From positions 20,551-84,550 of the forward strand of contig CAXXJS010000008.1 of the NCBI GenBank assembly GCA_963662665.2: a stretch of DNA of 64,000 nt, written 5' to 3'. The notes under the pieces were generated by a model that was not told where the DNA came from, ran no database searches, and worked only from the letters and a program-made list of their open reading frames with translations. Of this stretch, positions 54,669 through 64,000 are shown piece by piece. Source of the DNA: Candidatus Latescibacterota bacterium (GTDB lineage Bacteria > Latescibacterota > UBA2968 > GCA-2709665). Numbering within the stretch: the first letter of the stretch is position 1; each line of letters starts with the position of its first letter. The position numbers were made by a program, and so were the translations under genes.

Positions 54669-55499
54669 TCAGTGCCTGTTAACGCGCAGTTTATTGGCTA
54701 CGGCGAGTAGATCTGAAACGAGTACAGCGAATGACGCGGCAATCACATCCGGCTCGACGCTGGGGCGGGCGGCGCGGATCGCCATGCGTATTCCCACTTT
54801 GTCTGGGCTACCAAACAACGACCCGAGGTGGGACAACGCTTCGGAGGTTGCCTCCGCGGAGAACTTGTGGACTGCAAGTGAAACCAAGCCTTGCGCGAGC
54901 GTTTCAGTATCAATGGCCTGCAGCAGACGCAGGATATCAAGCGCGTCCTTGTCTGTGATCCGATCACCAGCACCCGTGCGCTCCGCAATCTTATGTACCT
55001 TTGAGACGAGAAGCGCCGCCGGCCCGGCGACAAGCATTGTGACTGATCGTTCGACGCCTGGCGTGAGTGACGTGATCACTGTCAGGTCTTGATCGACTAG
55101 CGCTGCTTCCAGGCCTTTGGCGCGTCTTGCAACTCTCTTGCCATGGGGTCCCAGTCGGGCTCCCCTTGAACCGGCTCCGGCCAGCACTTCGGGGACCATG
55201 AGGTCGACGGAAATGCGGTCCGGGCTGATCCAAGCGCCGGGATGCTCACCGGGCGAAAACCCACGCGCGGTCAGCAGTTCAGCCAGTAGAGGCGTGTCGC
55301 TCAGTTGTGCTGGCGCTATGCAGAAGTCGGCGTCGGTCGTGTATGGAGCCGTGGCGATGAAATCCGCATCTCCTGTGTGGATATAGACGGCCTGAGCGCC
55401 GACGAGCACGACGGCATTCAGCTGTTCGGTCAGCGCCTCGGCGGCGTCGAGAAGCGCAGTGCGCGCGCATATGTACAGAGGATCAGAAGCGCCAGACAT
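54669..55499 (-). CDS. Nucleotidyltransferase toxin (AbiEii-like)
   Basis: LVGAQA, TTDAD, VDLMVP, K.HK, KDALD. Confidence 0.75.
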   Translation of the reverse strand: MSGASDPLYICARTALLDAAEALTEQLNAVVLVGAQAVYIHTGDADFIATAPYTTDADFCIAPAQLSDTPLLAELLTARGFSPGEHPGAWISPDRISVDLMVPEVLAGAGSRGARLGPHGKRVARRAKGLEAALVDQDLTVITSLTPGVERSVTMLVAGPAALLVSKVHKIAERTGAGDRITDKDALDILRLLQAIDTETLAQGLVSLAVHKFSAEATSEALSHLGSLFGSPDKVGIRMAIRAARPSVEPDVIAASFAVLVSDLLAVANKLRVNRH

Positions 55500-56562
55500 G
55501 CTCGTTCTTCTCCATCCACATCAGTACGTGTTCGCCCTGAGACGGTTCCCGACCTGGACCGGTGAGGAGGTCCGCGGCGAGTTGGCTGGGTGCGACGCAA
55601 CGAAGGCCGTCACGATTGACCGCCCGATCAAAGACGACATCGTCGAGTGGCTCTAAAATCACTACGTTGGCGCCGGATTCCGTCTCCCGAAGATCCAATT
55701 GCTGGATAAACTGGATTGAGTCAGCAACGTAAACGGCCGCCAGTCCTGCCGGGGCAATCGGATCGAATCGCTGGGCGGCGAACGCGCCTGTGGCGACGTA
55801 CCCAAGCTTCGTCGCGCGGAGTTTCTTCTCGAGAGCCGATATCCCCCGTGGCTCAAGAGCCATCGTAGGCGTGTTCGAGTCCGTTTGGTCGTAATCTTCA
55901 GTCCACCGCCTTATCGCGCCCTTCCAATCGACGGCGGATACTCCTCCCCGCACGCGGGTCACGACGGCTTCCCGTTCGAGCAAGTCCAACACGCGCGACA
56001 GGGTCGGCGCCGACGCGCTGGTCGACTGGGCCAGCTCTCGGACACCGTACGGAGGAATTGTGTCGATGATGGCCCTCACTGCACGTGCAGCACCACGACC
56101 CCGCAGCGACTGTAGCTTGTGATCCCTCGGCCAGGGATCACGATCAACCCCGTCGGCAGAAATGAACAGCCCCGGCCTGGAAGCTTCGATGCGAACATTG
56201 CCCGTGGTGTCGACGTAGCCAACACCACCGGCACGAAGGAGGGAACGGGCGCGGGGGGAGAGGTAGGAGGCCGCTACTACAGGTACAGCCCGAGGCAACG
56301 CTCCGGCCTTGATCGCGCAGATCTGCTCGACAGCCTGGAAGACGCCGCGTGGTTCCAGAGTTCGCTTTATCTCAACGGCAAGGACCGCTGTCCCGCCAGC
56401 GGGCGACTCGATCTCCGCCAGCAGATCCACGCGGTAGCGACCGGCGGGAGCTTCGATCTGGGCGTGAATTGACCAGCCGTGCGGCATTCGTTCAGCCAGA
56501 GCACGCTCGACATGGCGAGCGACCTGTATGTCGGTCGGTGGCTTTCTGTCTGGGAGAGGCAT
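55483..56562 (-). CDS. Type IV toxin-antitoxin AbiEi-family antitoxin
   Basis: YLSPR..GY.D.TGN, HTH GVRELA..S..TLSRVL, Q..ADLL.GPGR; overlaps the toxin gene. Confidence 0.78.
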   Translation of the reverse strand: MPLPDRKPPTDIQVARHVERALAERMPHGWSIHAQIEAPAGRYRVDLLAEIESPAGGTAVLAVEIKRTLEPRGVFQAVEQICAIKAGALPRAVPVVAASYLSPRARSLLRAGGVGYVDTTGNVRIEASRPGLFISADGVDRDPWPRDHKLQSLRGRGAARAVRAIIDTIPPYGVRELAQSTSASAPTLSRVLDLLEREAVVTRVRGGVSAVDWKGAIRRWTEDYDQTDSNTPTMALEPRGISALEKKLRATKLGYVATGAFAAQRFDPIAPAGLAAVYVADSIQFIQQLDLRETESGANVVILEPLDDVVFDRAVNRDGLRCVAPSQLAADLLTGPGREPSQGEHVLMWMEKNEHVWRF

Positions 56563-56584
56563 GGATCTCCTATGCTGCTACGGT

Positions 56585-56639
56585 TGTTTCATTAAATATA
56601 ATATTTCGCGTTGTCTGAAACAAGTTATTTTATGAAACA
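56585..56639. promoter_or_regulatory. Inverted repeat, probable antitoxin operator
   Basis: TGTTTCATTAAATA ... TATTTTATGAAACA in AT-rich DNA just upstream of the antitoxin gene. Confidence 0.55.
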
Positions 56640-56927
56640 TAGACTTCTCCTCGCACCGAATCTTTGGAGATTCCTCATTTCCGTTGAATGGATTCCCGCA
56701 CGCTTCGGGGATCAGCCGGGTTGCGTAAGGTCCCACTCCTCCCAACGGCTCACAGGGCAGTGTGCGAATCGCGGAGGAGATTAGGCGGAAAACTCGAACT
56801 ACCGCATAGCCGGGACCCTCGGTGGAGGCACCGCTGATAGCCTTAAACGAATCAGCGGAACGCGGTACAACTGGCAACCTCTCAAACCAGTTCATCAAGA
56901 CACCGACCAGTCCCCATGTCTTGCTTC

Positions 56928-57665
56928 TCAATGCTTACGTGCCACGTGGCGATCTTCGTAACGTCCCTTTGGAAACCTATCCGGATTGAGTTCCTCCGGC
57001 AGATAATGCCAGGCCGTACTGTAGCGCGTGCGATTGCTGTGGTTATCATAGGCGCCGTGCAAGAGATTGGCGGAAAACAGAACAACCGTGCCGGCGGGAA
57101 TGACCAGATCCACGGCACGCGATTCATCAACCTCCGTCCAACTGCCATGCCTGCCTTGATTTCTGCGGTGTTCGACAATCTTGCCTGTCCGGTGGCTGCC
57201 GGGCACCACCCGCAAACACCCATTCTCCACGTCCGAATCTTCCAGATAAATTCCGCAACTGATAATGCGATCCGTATCGGTGCCAAAATAGAAATTGTCC
57301 TGATGCCAGCTCGTTGACGTGCCGCCGTTGGGCAACTTTGGAAAAAACTTGGTGCCAAACACATCGATATGTTCACCAATCAAACCTGCCACGCGGTCTA
57401 AAATCGCCGGTTCACGCGCCAGTTCCAACACGCGCGCATCGACCACGCATACCCCCTGAATCTTGTGCAACAGACCCGCCCGGGGTTTACCGTGTTCGTC
57501 CAACTCGAGCGCCCAGTGCGGCGACTGCCCGGTCAAATTGCTCCCCTCTGCGACCAGTTCATCGAACACGCGCTTGTAACAGGCCAATCGTTCGCCTTTT
57601 ATAAGGGCTTCGAAAACGAGATAGCCGCCTTCCCGAAACTGCAGTACCTGTTCGTCAGTCAACAT
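56928..57665 (-). CDS. Phytanoyl-CoA dioxygenase family protein
   Basis: WHQD, ENGCLRVVPGSH, LLHG..N.S.R.R. Confidence 0.92.
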   Translation of the reverse strand: MLTDEQVLQFREGGYLVFEALIKGERLACYKRVFDELVAEGSNLTGQSPHWALELDEHGKPRAGLLHKIQGVCVVDARVLELAREPAILDRVAGLIGEHIDVFGTKFFPKLPNGGTSTSWHQDNFYFGTDTDRIISCGIYLEDSDVENGCLRVVPGSHRTGKIVEHRRNQGRHGSWTEVDESRAVDLVIPAGTVVLFSANLLHGAYDNHSNRTRYSTAWHYLPEELNPDRFPKGRYEDRHVARKH

Positions 57666-57689
57666 TGAGACCTCCTCAAGTTCGCCTGG

Positions 57690-59642
57690 CTATTCCGGTC
57701 GCGCAAACGCGACCAGTGCGGCGTCGGGCCCGGAACCCGTCGCGATAACGACGTACTGACGCCCCGACCGCGCGCGGTAGGTCATCGGGTTCGCGTTCGT
57801 ACGAAACGGTGTCGCGCCGCGCCAGACTTCGGCGCCCGTTGTCTTGTCGAACGCGTACAGGTACGGAGCGCCGCCTCCGAGAAACACCAACCCACCCTTT
57901 GTCACCAGCGGGCCGGAATTTCCACGTGCGCCCAACCGTGGAGGCAAGTCGATACCATTGAGCAGCGGATGATTTCGCAGACTGGAGCTCCCTTCGCCAA
58001 ACGGTACCTTCCACGCAATCTCGCCCTCATTGAGGTCGATCGCCAACAGGTACGCGTACGGCGGCTTGATGAGCGGAATCGGACCGAGCTTGCTCGGTGG
58101 AGTCTGTACGGCCCCGGGTCCGTTCGCCTCCCGAAACATGACGAGCGTTGCACCGTAGGGACAGTTGTTGCTGTACTCGACGTCCACTTCCGGATCGTCA
58201 CCCGCGTTCCGGCATACCTGGTTCGTCTCGACCTCTTCAGATGCCCGTACGTAATAGAGCCCCGTTTCGGGATCGAACGCCGCCCCACCCCAGCTAGCTC
58301 CGCCGCGAGCACCCGGGAGCTGGAGCGTTCCCTGAAGGCTCGGCGGCGTGAAAAGCGGTCCGAGGCGAAACTTTCGCATCTCCTCTACCGCGAGCGCGTG
58401 AATCTCCGGCGTCAGGTCGTTCGCGTCCTCGAGCGACACCCCCTGCCTGCTGAAAGGCGGCGGCTTGGTCGGATAGGGTTGCGTCGGATACAGCACCTCG
58501 CCCGGCACGTCCGTCGTGGTGTCCACCGCGCGTTCCTCGATCGGCCACACCGGCTCGCCCGTCACGCGGTCGAACACGTACGTGAAACCCTGCTTCGAGA
58601 CTTGCGCCACCGCGTCGATCTCGCGCCTGTCTACCGTGATCGTCACCAGATTGGGCGCTGCGGCCAGATCGTAGTCCCACACGCCGTGGTGCACCGCCTG
58701 GAAGTGCCACTGCCGCCGGCCCGTGCGCGCGTTGAGACAGACCAGCGACTCGGCGAAAAGGTTCGCTCCCAACCGGCGGCCACCGTAGTAGTCGCCGCTC
58801 GGCGTACTCGTCGGCACATAGAGCAGCCCCCGCTCGACGTCGAGTGACATGAATCCCCACGCGTTGGCGTGGCCGGTGTAGCGCCACGACTCGTCCTCCC
58901 AGGTGTCCGCACCGAAGTCTTCGCTCGACTGCGGGACGGTGAAAAACACCCAGCGGCGCTCGCCCGTGCGCACGTCGAACGCCTGCACCGTACCGGGCGG
59001 ATCGAACTTGCGCTGCACCCGGTCGGGAATGCGGCTGCCCACGATCACCAGATCTTCGAACACCACCGGAGGCGAGGTCTGATCGAACTCGGTGCGGCTC
59101 ACCTTGCGGCCATGGCCTTGGGTCAACAGAACGCTCCCGCTCCCGCCGAAGCCCTCGTCCAGCACACCGGTCTCGGCGTCGATTGCATACAGCCGGTCTC
59201 GGCTGTTGAGGAAGACGCGTTCGTCGCCCCCATCACTCCAGTAGGCGATTCCCCGGTGCTTGAAGCCAGTCGGCGGCATACCTTTGGCCCCGCCTTCGTA
59301 GGCCTTGGGATCGAAGATCCAGAGTTCCTTGCCGGTCTCCGCGTCGAGGGCCACCACGCGCATGTACATGGTCGAGAGGTAGAGGACGTTGCCGATCATG
59401 ACGGGCGTCGCCTGGAATTGGCCCGGTTGGGCGCCGTACTCCTGGAGGGGCATCTCATTCGGCGCCCATTGCCAGACGATCTCCAGTTCGTCGACATTCG
59501 CGGCCGTGATCTCCTCAGCCGCCGAGTACTTGGTGTGCGCCTGTCCGGCGCCAACGAACGGCCATTCTATCAGGACGCCCGGTTCCTGCGCGCCCGCGAG
59601 GACGGTACACAGGAGAATGGCTGTCGCAACGAATCGTCTCAT
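57690..59642 (-). CDS. PQQ-dependent (glucose/quinate-type) dehydrogenase
   Basis: QATP, HRG.AYW, TSPP, WHFQ.VHH.VWDYD, PMTY...GRQYVVIA.G; signal peptide. Confidence 0.9.
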   Translation of the reverse strand: MRRFVATAILLCTVLAGAQEPGVLIEWPFVGAGQAHTKYSAAEEITAANVDELEIVWQWAPNEMPLQEYGAQPGQFQATPVMIGNVLYLSTMYMRVVALDAETGKELWIFDPKAYEGGAKGMPPTGFKHRGIAYWSDGGDERVFLNSRDRLYAIDAETGVLDEGFGGSGSVLLTQGHGRKVSRTEFDQTSPPVVFEDLVIVGSRIPDRVQRKFDPPGTVQAFDVRTGERRWVFFTVPQSSEDFGADTWEDESWRYTGHANAWGFMSLDVERGLLYVPTSTPSGDYYGGRRLGANLFAESLVCLNARTGRRQWHFQAVHHGVWDYDLAAAPNLVTITVDRREIDAVAQVSKQGFTYVFDRVTGEPVWPIEERAVDTTTDVPGEVLYPTQPYPTKPPPFSRQGVSLEDANDLTPEIHALAVEEMRKFRLGPLFTPPSLQGTLQLPGARGGASWGGAAFDPETGLYYVRASEEVETNQVCRNAGDDPEVDVEYSNNCPYGATLVMFREANGPGAVQTPPSKLGPIPLIKPPYAYLLAIDLNEGEIAWKVPFGEGSSSLRNHPLLNGIDLPPRLGARGNSGPLVTKGGLVFLGGGAPYLYAFDKTTGAEVWRGATPFRTNANPMTYRARSGRQYVVIATGSGPDAALVAFARPE

Positions 59643-59866
59643 AGAGAGTAGTCCTATTGGAAAATGGACGTTTGTTTCAGCGCATGCGGGGAAACACCCG
59701 CCCTGGGTGATCACGCAATCTAACCGCTGACGTGGGGCCTTTCTTCGGCTATATTAAGCCGGGAATCAATGGAAGGAGCGATCGAACGCGCCCCGAACGG
59801 GGACACGCACTGTACGCTGACATTTCGGACGTTGACCGAACGGTAAGATCAGAAAGGAGAAGACCT

Positions 59867-60604
59867 GTGTCAAGAATCGAACCCGCATCCCGCCTGACCC
59901 GCCTGAAAGGCGCCAGGATCGGACTTCTGGACCCGGGAAAGCGCACCGCGGGAGCCGTTCTCAACGCAGTTGGCGAGCGGCTCGCGGCAGAGCACGGCGC
60001 GAATGTGGTGGGACCGTGGAAAAAGACATCTCCCTACCGCGTTTGCACAAAGAAGCTTCTGGAGGAAATCGTTCCACAGTGCGACGGGCTTGTTATGGGG
60101 GTCGTGGACTGATGCGGCGCCAGTTCGTGCAGTTTGCACGATATGCTGGAGTTTGAGATGAGAGGCATACCTACCGCCTACATCACGGCCGCAGGAAGAG
60201 TACCAATGATCGAACGCGATGGCGATGGCTTCAGGCTATCGCATGCAACGGGGAACTATCTTGTTGAGGGATGGGAGGACTCCGGACCGCAGCCGGACAA
60301 GGTGCATCACAGGCTGATTCACTTCGGTGTCCACCGCAGGATGAGGATGAGCGACGTGAAGGCGGGGGACCGGGTTCGCTACCGCGGCAAGGACCTGATA
60401 TGGGAGTATCCTCGAAAGGAACTGGAAGCCGGAATCAGGCCTCGCGGAGCCGGCGCCTGGTCCAGTACTCTTGACGGCGTCGCGGGCTACCGGAATATCG
60501 AATTGCGCGCGCACGCTGCACCCATGGAAAGCGCTAAAGTGGATGAAAGCGTGGAAGAGGCAGTTCCTCAGGTGGTGTCGATTTTGACGGGTGGGAGGGC
60601 GTGA
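59867..60604 (+). CDS. UGSC-family (thioredoxin-like) selenoprotein, in-frame TGA at 60110-60112
   Basis: AAGGAG RBS with GTG start; L.G.RIGLLD.GK ... GVVD-TGA-CGASSCSLHD..E.RGIPT; hairpin TCGTGCA-GTT-TGCACGA 12 nt after the TGA. Confidence 0.78.
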
Positions 60605-60635
60605 GTTCACGCATCGCATCATTCACGCAATTTGA

Positions 60636-61436
60636 TTACCCGATCTCCGGCTGGACGATACAGAAGTCAGCGCCTTGCGGATCTCTGGCAACCACCATTC
60701 GTCCGAACCCGGCAATGTCCTCCGGCTCAGCCATCAATCGCCCGCCGTGCCTCTGGACATAACCCGCCGATTCGTTAAAATCTCCGACCTGAAAATACAC
60801 GTACCACTCGGATGCGACACCTTCTTCTATCATCCGGTCCGGCATCTGCATGATCCCGCTTACAGCCTTGTCTTCCACCAGCAAACTCGTGTACGGCACC
60901 GGATGTTCATCATCCGCCGTCGCGGTTTCGACACCGACAACCGCCTCTAAAAAGCGAACCGATGCCGCACGATCCGTACTCAGATGCTCGGACCAGGCAA
61001 ACGCGCCTGCTTCCGACATAACTCCGCATCCCGAAAACTCGCCGGGTTCCCACAGCGTCGTCACACAACCCGTCGGGTCCGCGATCAACGCCACCCGACC
61101 CGCGCGATCAACGTCCCTCGAACCAGCCGGCACAGCCCCGCCCTTCGCTGCCACCCGCTCGACGACGACATCGACGTCATCCACCGACACGTAGACGTTC
61201 CACTTCGCCGCCACGTCCGGACGAATCTGCCCGGGGCCCGGTACATAAATCGCCGCCGCCGCCGACCCGTCCAGCATCGCCATCGAATAGACCCCGACGT
61301 CCATCTCCCCCATCTCTTCATCCACGTACTCCCATCCGAATAACCCGGCGTAGAACGCTTTCGCCCCGGCCAGATCAGTCGTCGCCAGATCAACCCAACA
61401 CGGTGTTCCGTGTGTGTACTTTTTAACCTTTGGCAT
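60636..61436 (-). CDS. VOC family protein (CFP32-like, two glyoxalase domains)
   Basis: GTPCWVDL.T.D, FY.GLFGW, W.VY..V.D, DP.G twice. Confidence 0.9.
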   Translation of the reverse strand: MPKVKKYTHGTPCWVDLATTDLAGAKAFYAGLFGWEYVDEEMGEMDVGVYSMAMLDGSAAAAIYVPGPGQIRPDVAAKWNVYVSVDDVDVVVERVAAKGGAVPAGSRDVDRAGRVALIADPTGCVTTLWEPGEFSGCGVMSEAGAFAWSEHLSTDRAASVRFLEAVVGVETATADDEHPVPYTSLLVEDKAVSGIMQMPDRMIEEGVASEWYVYFQVGDFNESAGYVQRHGGRLMAEPEDIAGFGRMVVARDPQGADFCIVQPEIG

Positions 61437-61567
61437 CAAGTTTCCTTATTCCTGGCAGACCCCCGTCGACCTGGTTCCCATCAACATCAGTCGCTACCCT
61501 GTAACTCATGTACGCCGAACACCGCCTGCTGTGGGTCCGCCGATCATTCGGCAACGGACGTTTTGCG

Positions 61568-62509
61568 TCACGTCGGCGCGTGTCCCGCGGTCAATCGCCG
61601 ACTCTCGACAAAGCCCTGCCGGCTCAGGAAGTCCAGCATCACCGCCGCGCACTCCTCCGGTCTCTCGAGCTGCAGAAAGTGTGTCGTTCCGGGCACGAAC
61701 TCGTGGTCGACGCCTGCGGCGGCGCTGTAGTCGAACTTCGGACGATTCGGATCCAGGGCGGGATCTGACGCGACGATCCTGGTGGGACATCGCAGGCAGC
61801 CGAAGTCCACAGACACCGCAGGTTGCGAAGCTTCATACCAGATTTGCGCTTCGTACTCGCGCGGGCACCGGAGCTCGAAACCCTGTCCCGTCCCGGACTC
61901 CCTGAGGGTCGTCCTGGCAACGAGATCCAGGACGCCCGGCACAGCGTGCTGGAAGTAATGGAGGTTGGTATGAAGTTCGGCGAGCTCTTCCCGGGCCCTG
62001 AACCATGGCGCCCTCCAACTGAGCATGTCACCCGTTCGCACCGCCCGCAGCTCGAACTCCCTGTATCTCGAGCCCTTGTTGCACAGAGGCGGCGCGAACA
62101 GTACCATCGCGGAGTAGTGACTGCCTCTCGAAGGCGTGTGCATGGCGGCCAGGGCAGAAATGGAGTGGAAGACGCCCACCGTGGGTTTCTCGCCGTAGAG
62201 CCTTTCGATCGCTTCGAAGATGCTGTCGTGGTCGCGGGAAAACGCATCGAAACGGTGGTTTTCCAGGGCTCCGACTTCGTTCCAGCCGTGGTTCCTGAGG
62301 TCATGGACCACCAGGTCGAAGCCAGCGGCCAGCAACGACCAGAACGGGTAGTAGAGGTCGATGGCGAGGCCATTCCCGTGACTGAGGACAAGCCGGGGAC
62401 CCGCCGGATTCCCGTGGCGTCTCAGGACGATGACGGCGTCGTCGTCCACTTTCACGCTGTCAATGGACAGCGGCTCGGGTATCTCCCAGATGGCTGGAGG
62501 CACTGTCAA
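61568..62509 (-). CDS. Alpha/beta hydrolase
   Basis: SHGNG, DLRNHG, FHSIS, HFLQLE.P. Confidence 0.85.
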   Translation of the reverse strand: MTVPPAIWEIPEPLSIDSVKVDDDAVIVLRRHGNPAGPRLVLSHGNGLAIDLYYPFWSLLAAGFDLVVHDLRNHGWNEVGALENHRFDAFSRDHDSIFEAIERLYGEKPTVGVFHSISALAAMHTPSRGSHYSAMVLFAPPLCNKGSRYREFELRAVRTGDMLSWRAPWFRAREELAELHTNLHYFQHAVPGVLDLVARTTLRESGTGQGFELRCPREYEAQIWYEASQPAVSVDFGCLRCPTRIVASDPALDPNRPKFDYSAAAGVDHEFVPGTTHFLQLERPEECAAVMLDFLSRQGFVESRRLTAGHAPT

Positions 62510-62932
62510 ATCAGCTTCCTTTCCGGCCGGCGCGACCGCCGGCTGTTGTGCTCAGGGACTCGGGAGGCGGCTTGTCGACTCGCAGACCCCGGTGATGGTC
62601 GCCGGGCAGCGCCCGTCGTGAAGGTACCGGCCCCGCCGCGATCAGCTTGAGCTGGTAGGTATTCATAGAAAATCGTTGTGAACAGAATGCAGGGTGATGG
62701 GGTGGTCCAATTTCCGCGGATGGTTGGTTTCGCGCTTGTGAGGCAGCGAGGGAGTCACGTGATTTCCAGCAACCCGGGGCTTCCGGGTGGCTACCGTGTT
62801 CTGAACAGGGTGAGTGTGGCTATGGCGACGCGTACGCTTTGGCCGGTTTCAAGAAGTCGGTGATGGCTGCCTTGGCTTGATTTACCGTTCTATACGACAT
62901 CGGGGGGGCCTGGTTGGGTGCTGCTGGCCGTC

Positions 62933-63227
62933 TCACCCGAATTTCGCCCGGAACTTCGCTTCTGTTGGCGATGGTGATGGTCGGTCGAAGCCTCGTTGCA
63001 TGCAGAGCGCCGCGATGTGCAGAGAGAACTTATCCAGGGTTCGTGCATTGAGTTCAGGGTGATCGTCCTCCAAGATCACCGTAGCTCTGATATAGTCACC
63101 ACCGTCGGGTCCTAGCAGGAATTCTGAGTACACGTCGGCTATGGCTATACCGTCGCCGAGGAATTCACGGAGGGCGGAACAGTCCCAAGTCGGAGACATC
63201 GACCAAGGTTGTTTCAAGGGCAGCCAT
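62933..63227 (-). pseudogene. Small hypothetical gene with apparent frameshift
   Basis: GGAGG RBS, then MAALETTLVDVSDL..., stopping after 20 codons; ALREFLGD...DYIRATVILEDDHPEL continues in another frame. Confidence 0.4.
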
Positions 63228-63258
63228 GAGTATCGACCTCCATGCCAAGTCGATTACG

Positions 63259-64000
63259 TCAGCTCGCCTCTCCAGAGAGAATCTCCCAGACCCGCTTATA
63301 TCCGGTGCCGGACAGCGGCACGCCCTCCGGTCTCACCCCGTCCCATTCATCGGCGCCCAGTCCCTGTAGGAAACGCCGCGCTGCTCCCACCGAATACCGC
63401 CCCACATCCTCACCGGTGACATCCCGGTAGAGGCTCCCTAACCCCTCGGCGGCGCTGCGCGGGGCGGCATTCATCCGCATGAGTACCGCATCTTCGCTGC
63501 TTACACCATGATAGATCATGGCGGGCAGGGCGTTGATCCGTCGCTTGTCGACTTCGGAAAGCGCGTCGAAATCGATCCCCGACACCCGACTCAGCGCCGA
63601 AACACCCCATGTTCCGCTGTTGACGATGGTGCGGTAGATCGCCCTGCACGCATCCGTCAGGGCGGCTGTGCCCACTTCGTCGTCGTTCTCGCGGCTGAAA
63701 TACTCCCTCGCGATCGCTTCCAGACCCCTTCCGTTCACCCAGTCGTTGGTGATCTCGGATATCCGGCTCCGGTCGAACCCTTGCCCCCCCAGCTCGATTA
63801 GGTCCTGCTTGAGCTGCGGGACCCTCAACATGACGCCGACCAGGTCCGCCATTCTGCCGCCGCTGCCGAACAGGCTCTCCGGCGCCCAGTCCGACACGGT
63901 GAGCCTGCTCTCCAGATTGCCGATGCCGCCCATTGCCGCCCGGACACCTTCCGGCGAGAACCCGGTGGAATCTGCAAGCTCCGCGATGCCCTGCGGCATT
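63259..64000 (-). CDS. C-terminal part of a Ski2-like DEAD/DEAH helicase (HamB-like); 5' end outside window
   Basis: DWVNG...IA..YF, WG.SAL, LP.MI.HGV...A..M pattern typical of such helicase C-termini; catalytic motifs are not visible in the window. Confidence 0.55.
   Translation of the reverse strand, partial: MPQGIAELADSTGFSPEGVRAAMGGIGNLESRLTVSDWAPESLFGSGGRMADLVGVMLRVPQLKQDLIELGGQGFDRSRISEITNDWVNGRGLEAIAREYFSRENDDEVGTAALTDACRAIYRTIVNSGTWGVSALSRVSGIDFDALSEVDKRRINALPAMIYHGVSSEDAVLMRMNAAPRSAAEGLGSLYRDVTGEDVGRYSVGAARRFLQGLGADEWDGVRPEGVPLSGTGYKRVWEILSGEAS

Overview
GC-rich bacterial chromosomal window. The gene content (FN3/cadherin/dockerin surface protein, three phytanoyl-CoA dioxygenases, ERG4/ERG24 sterol reductase, many REP/MITE-like repeats) resembles marine sponge symbionts such as Latescibacterota/Gemmatimonadota; this is inference only. 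From left to right it holds: a >1,770-aa modular surface protein running off the left edge; an AAA/DUF4143 ATPase; a methyltransferase-hisI-hisG unit behind an unannotated His-rich leader peptide and attenuator; a ~17-kb catabolic cluster (two amidohydrolases, two 804-aa paralogues, M81 peptidase, heparinase II/III-like and GH36-like proteins); an AT-rich ~3-kb islet (candidate sRNA, wHTH protein, hok/mok-like small toxin candidate, PIN/zinc-ribbon protein); two selenoprotein genes split by in-frame TGA with SECIS-like hairpins; a complete IS1380 with CTAA target duplication; katG and bcp; an ORF-less group II intron inserted precisely into one of two copies of a 192-bp MITE; a duplicated katG 3' end; a type IV toxin-antitoxin pair; and the 3' end of a Ski2/HamB-like helicase. 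No rRNA, tRNA or CRISPR array was seen. All calls come from reading the sequence; no searches were run.
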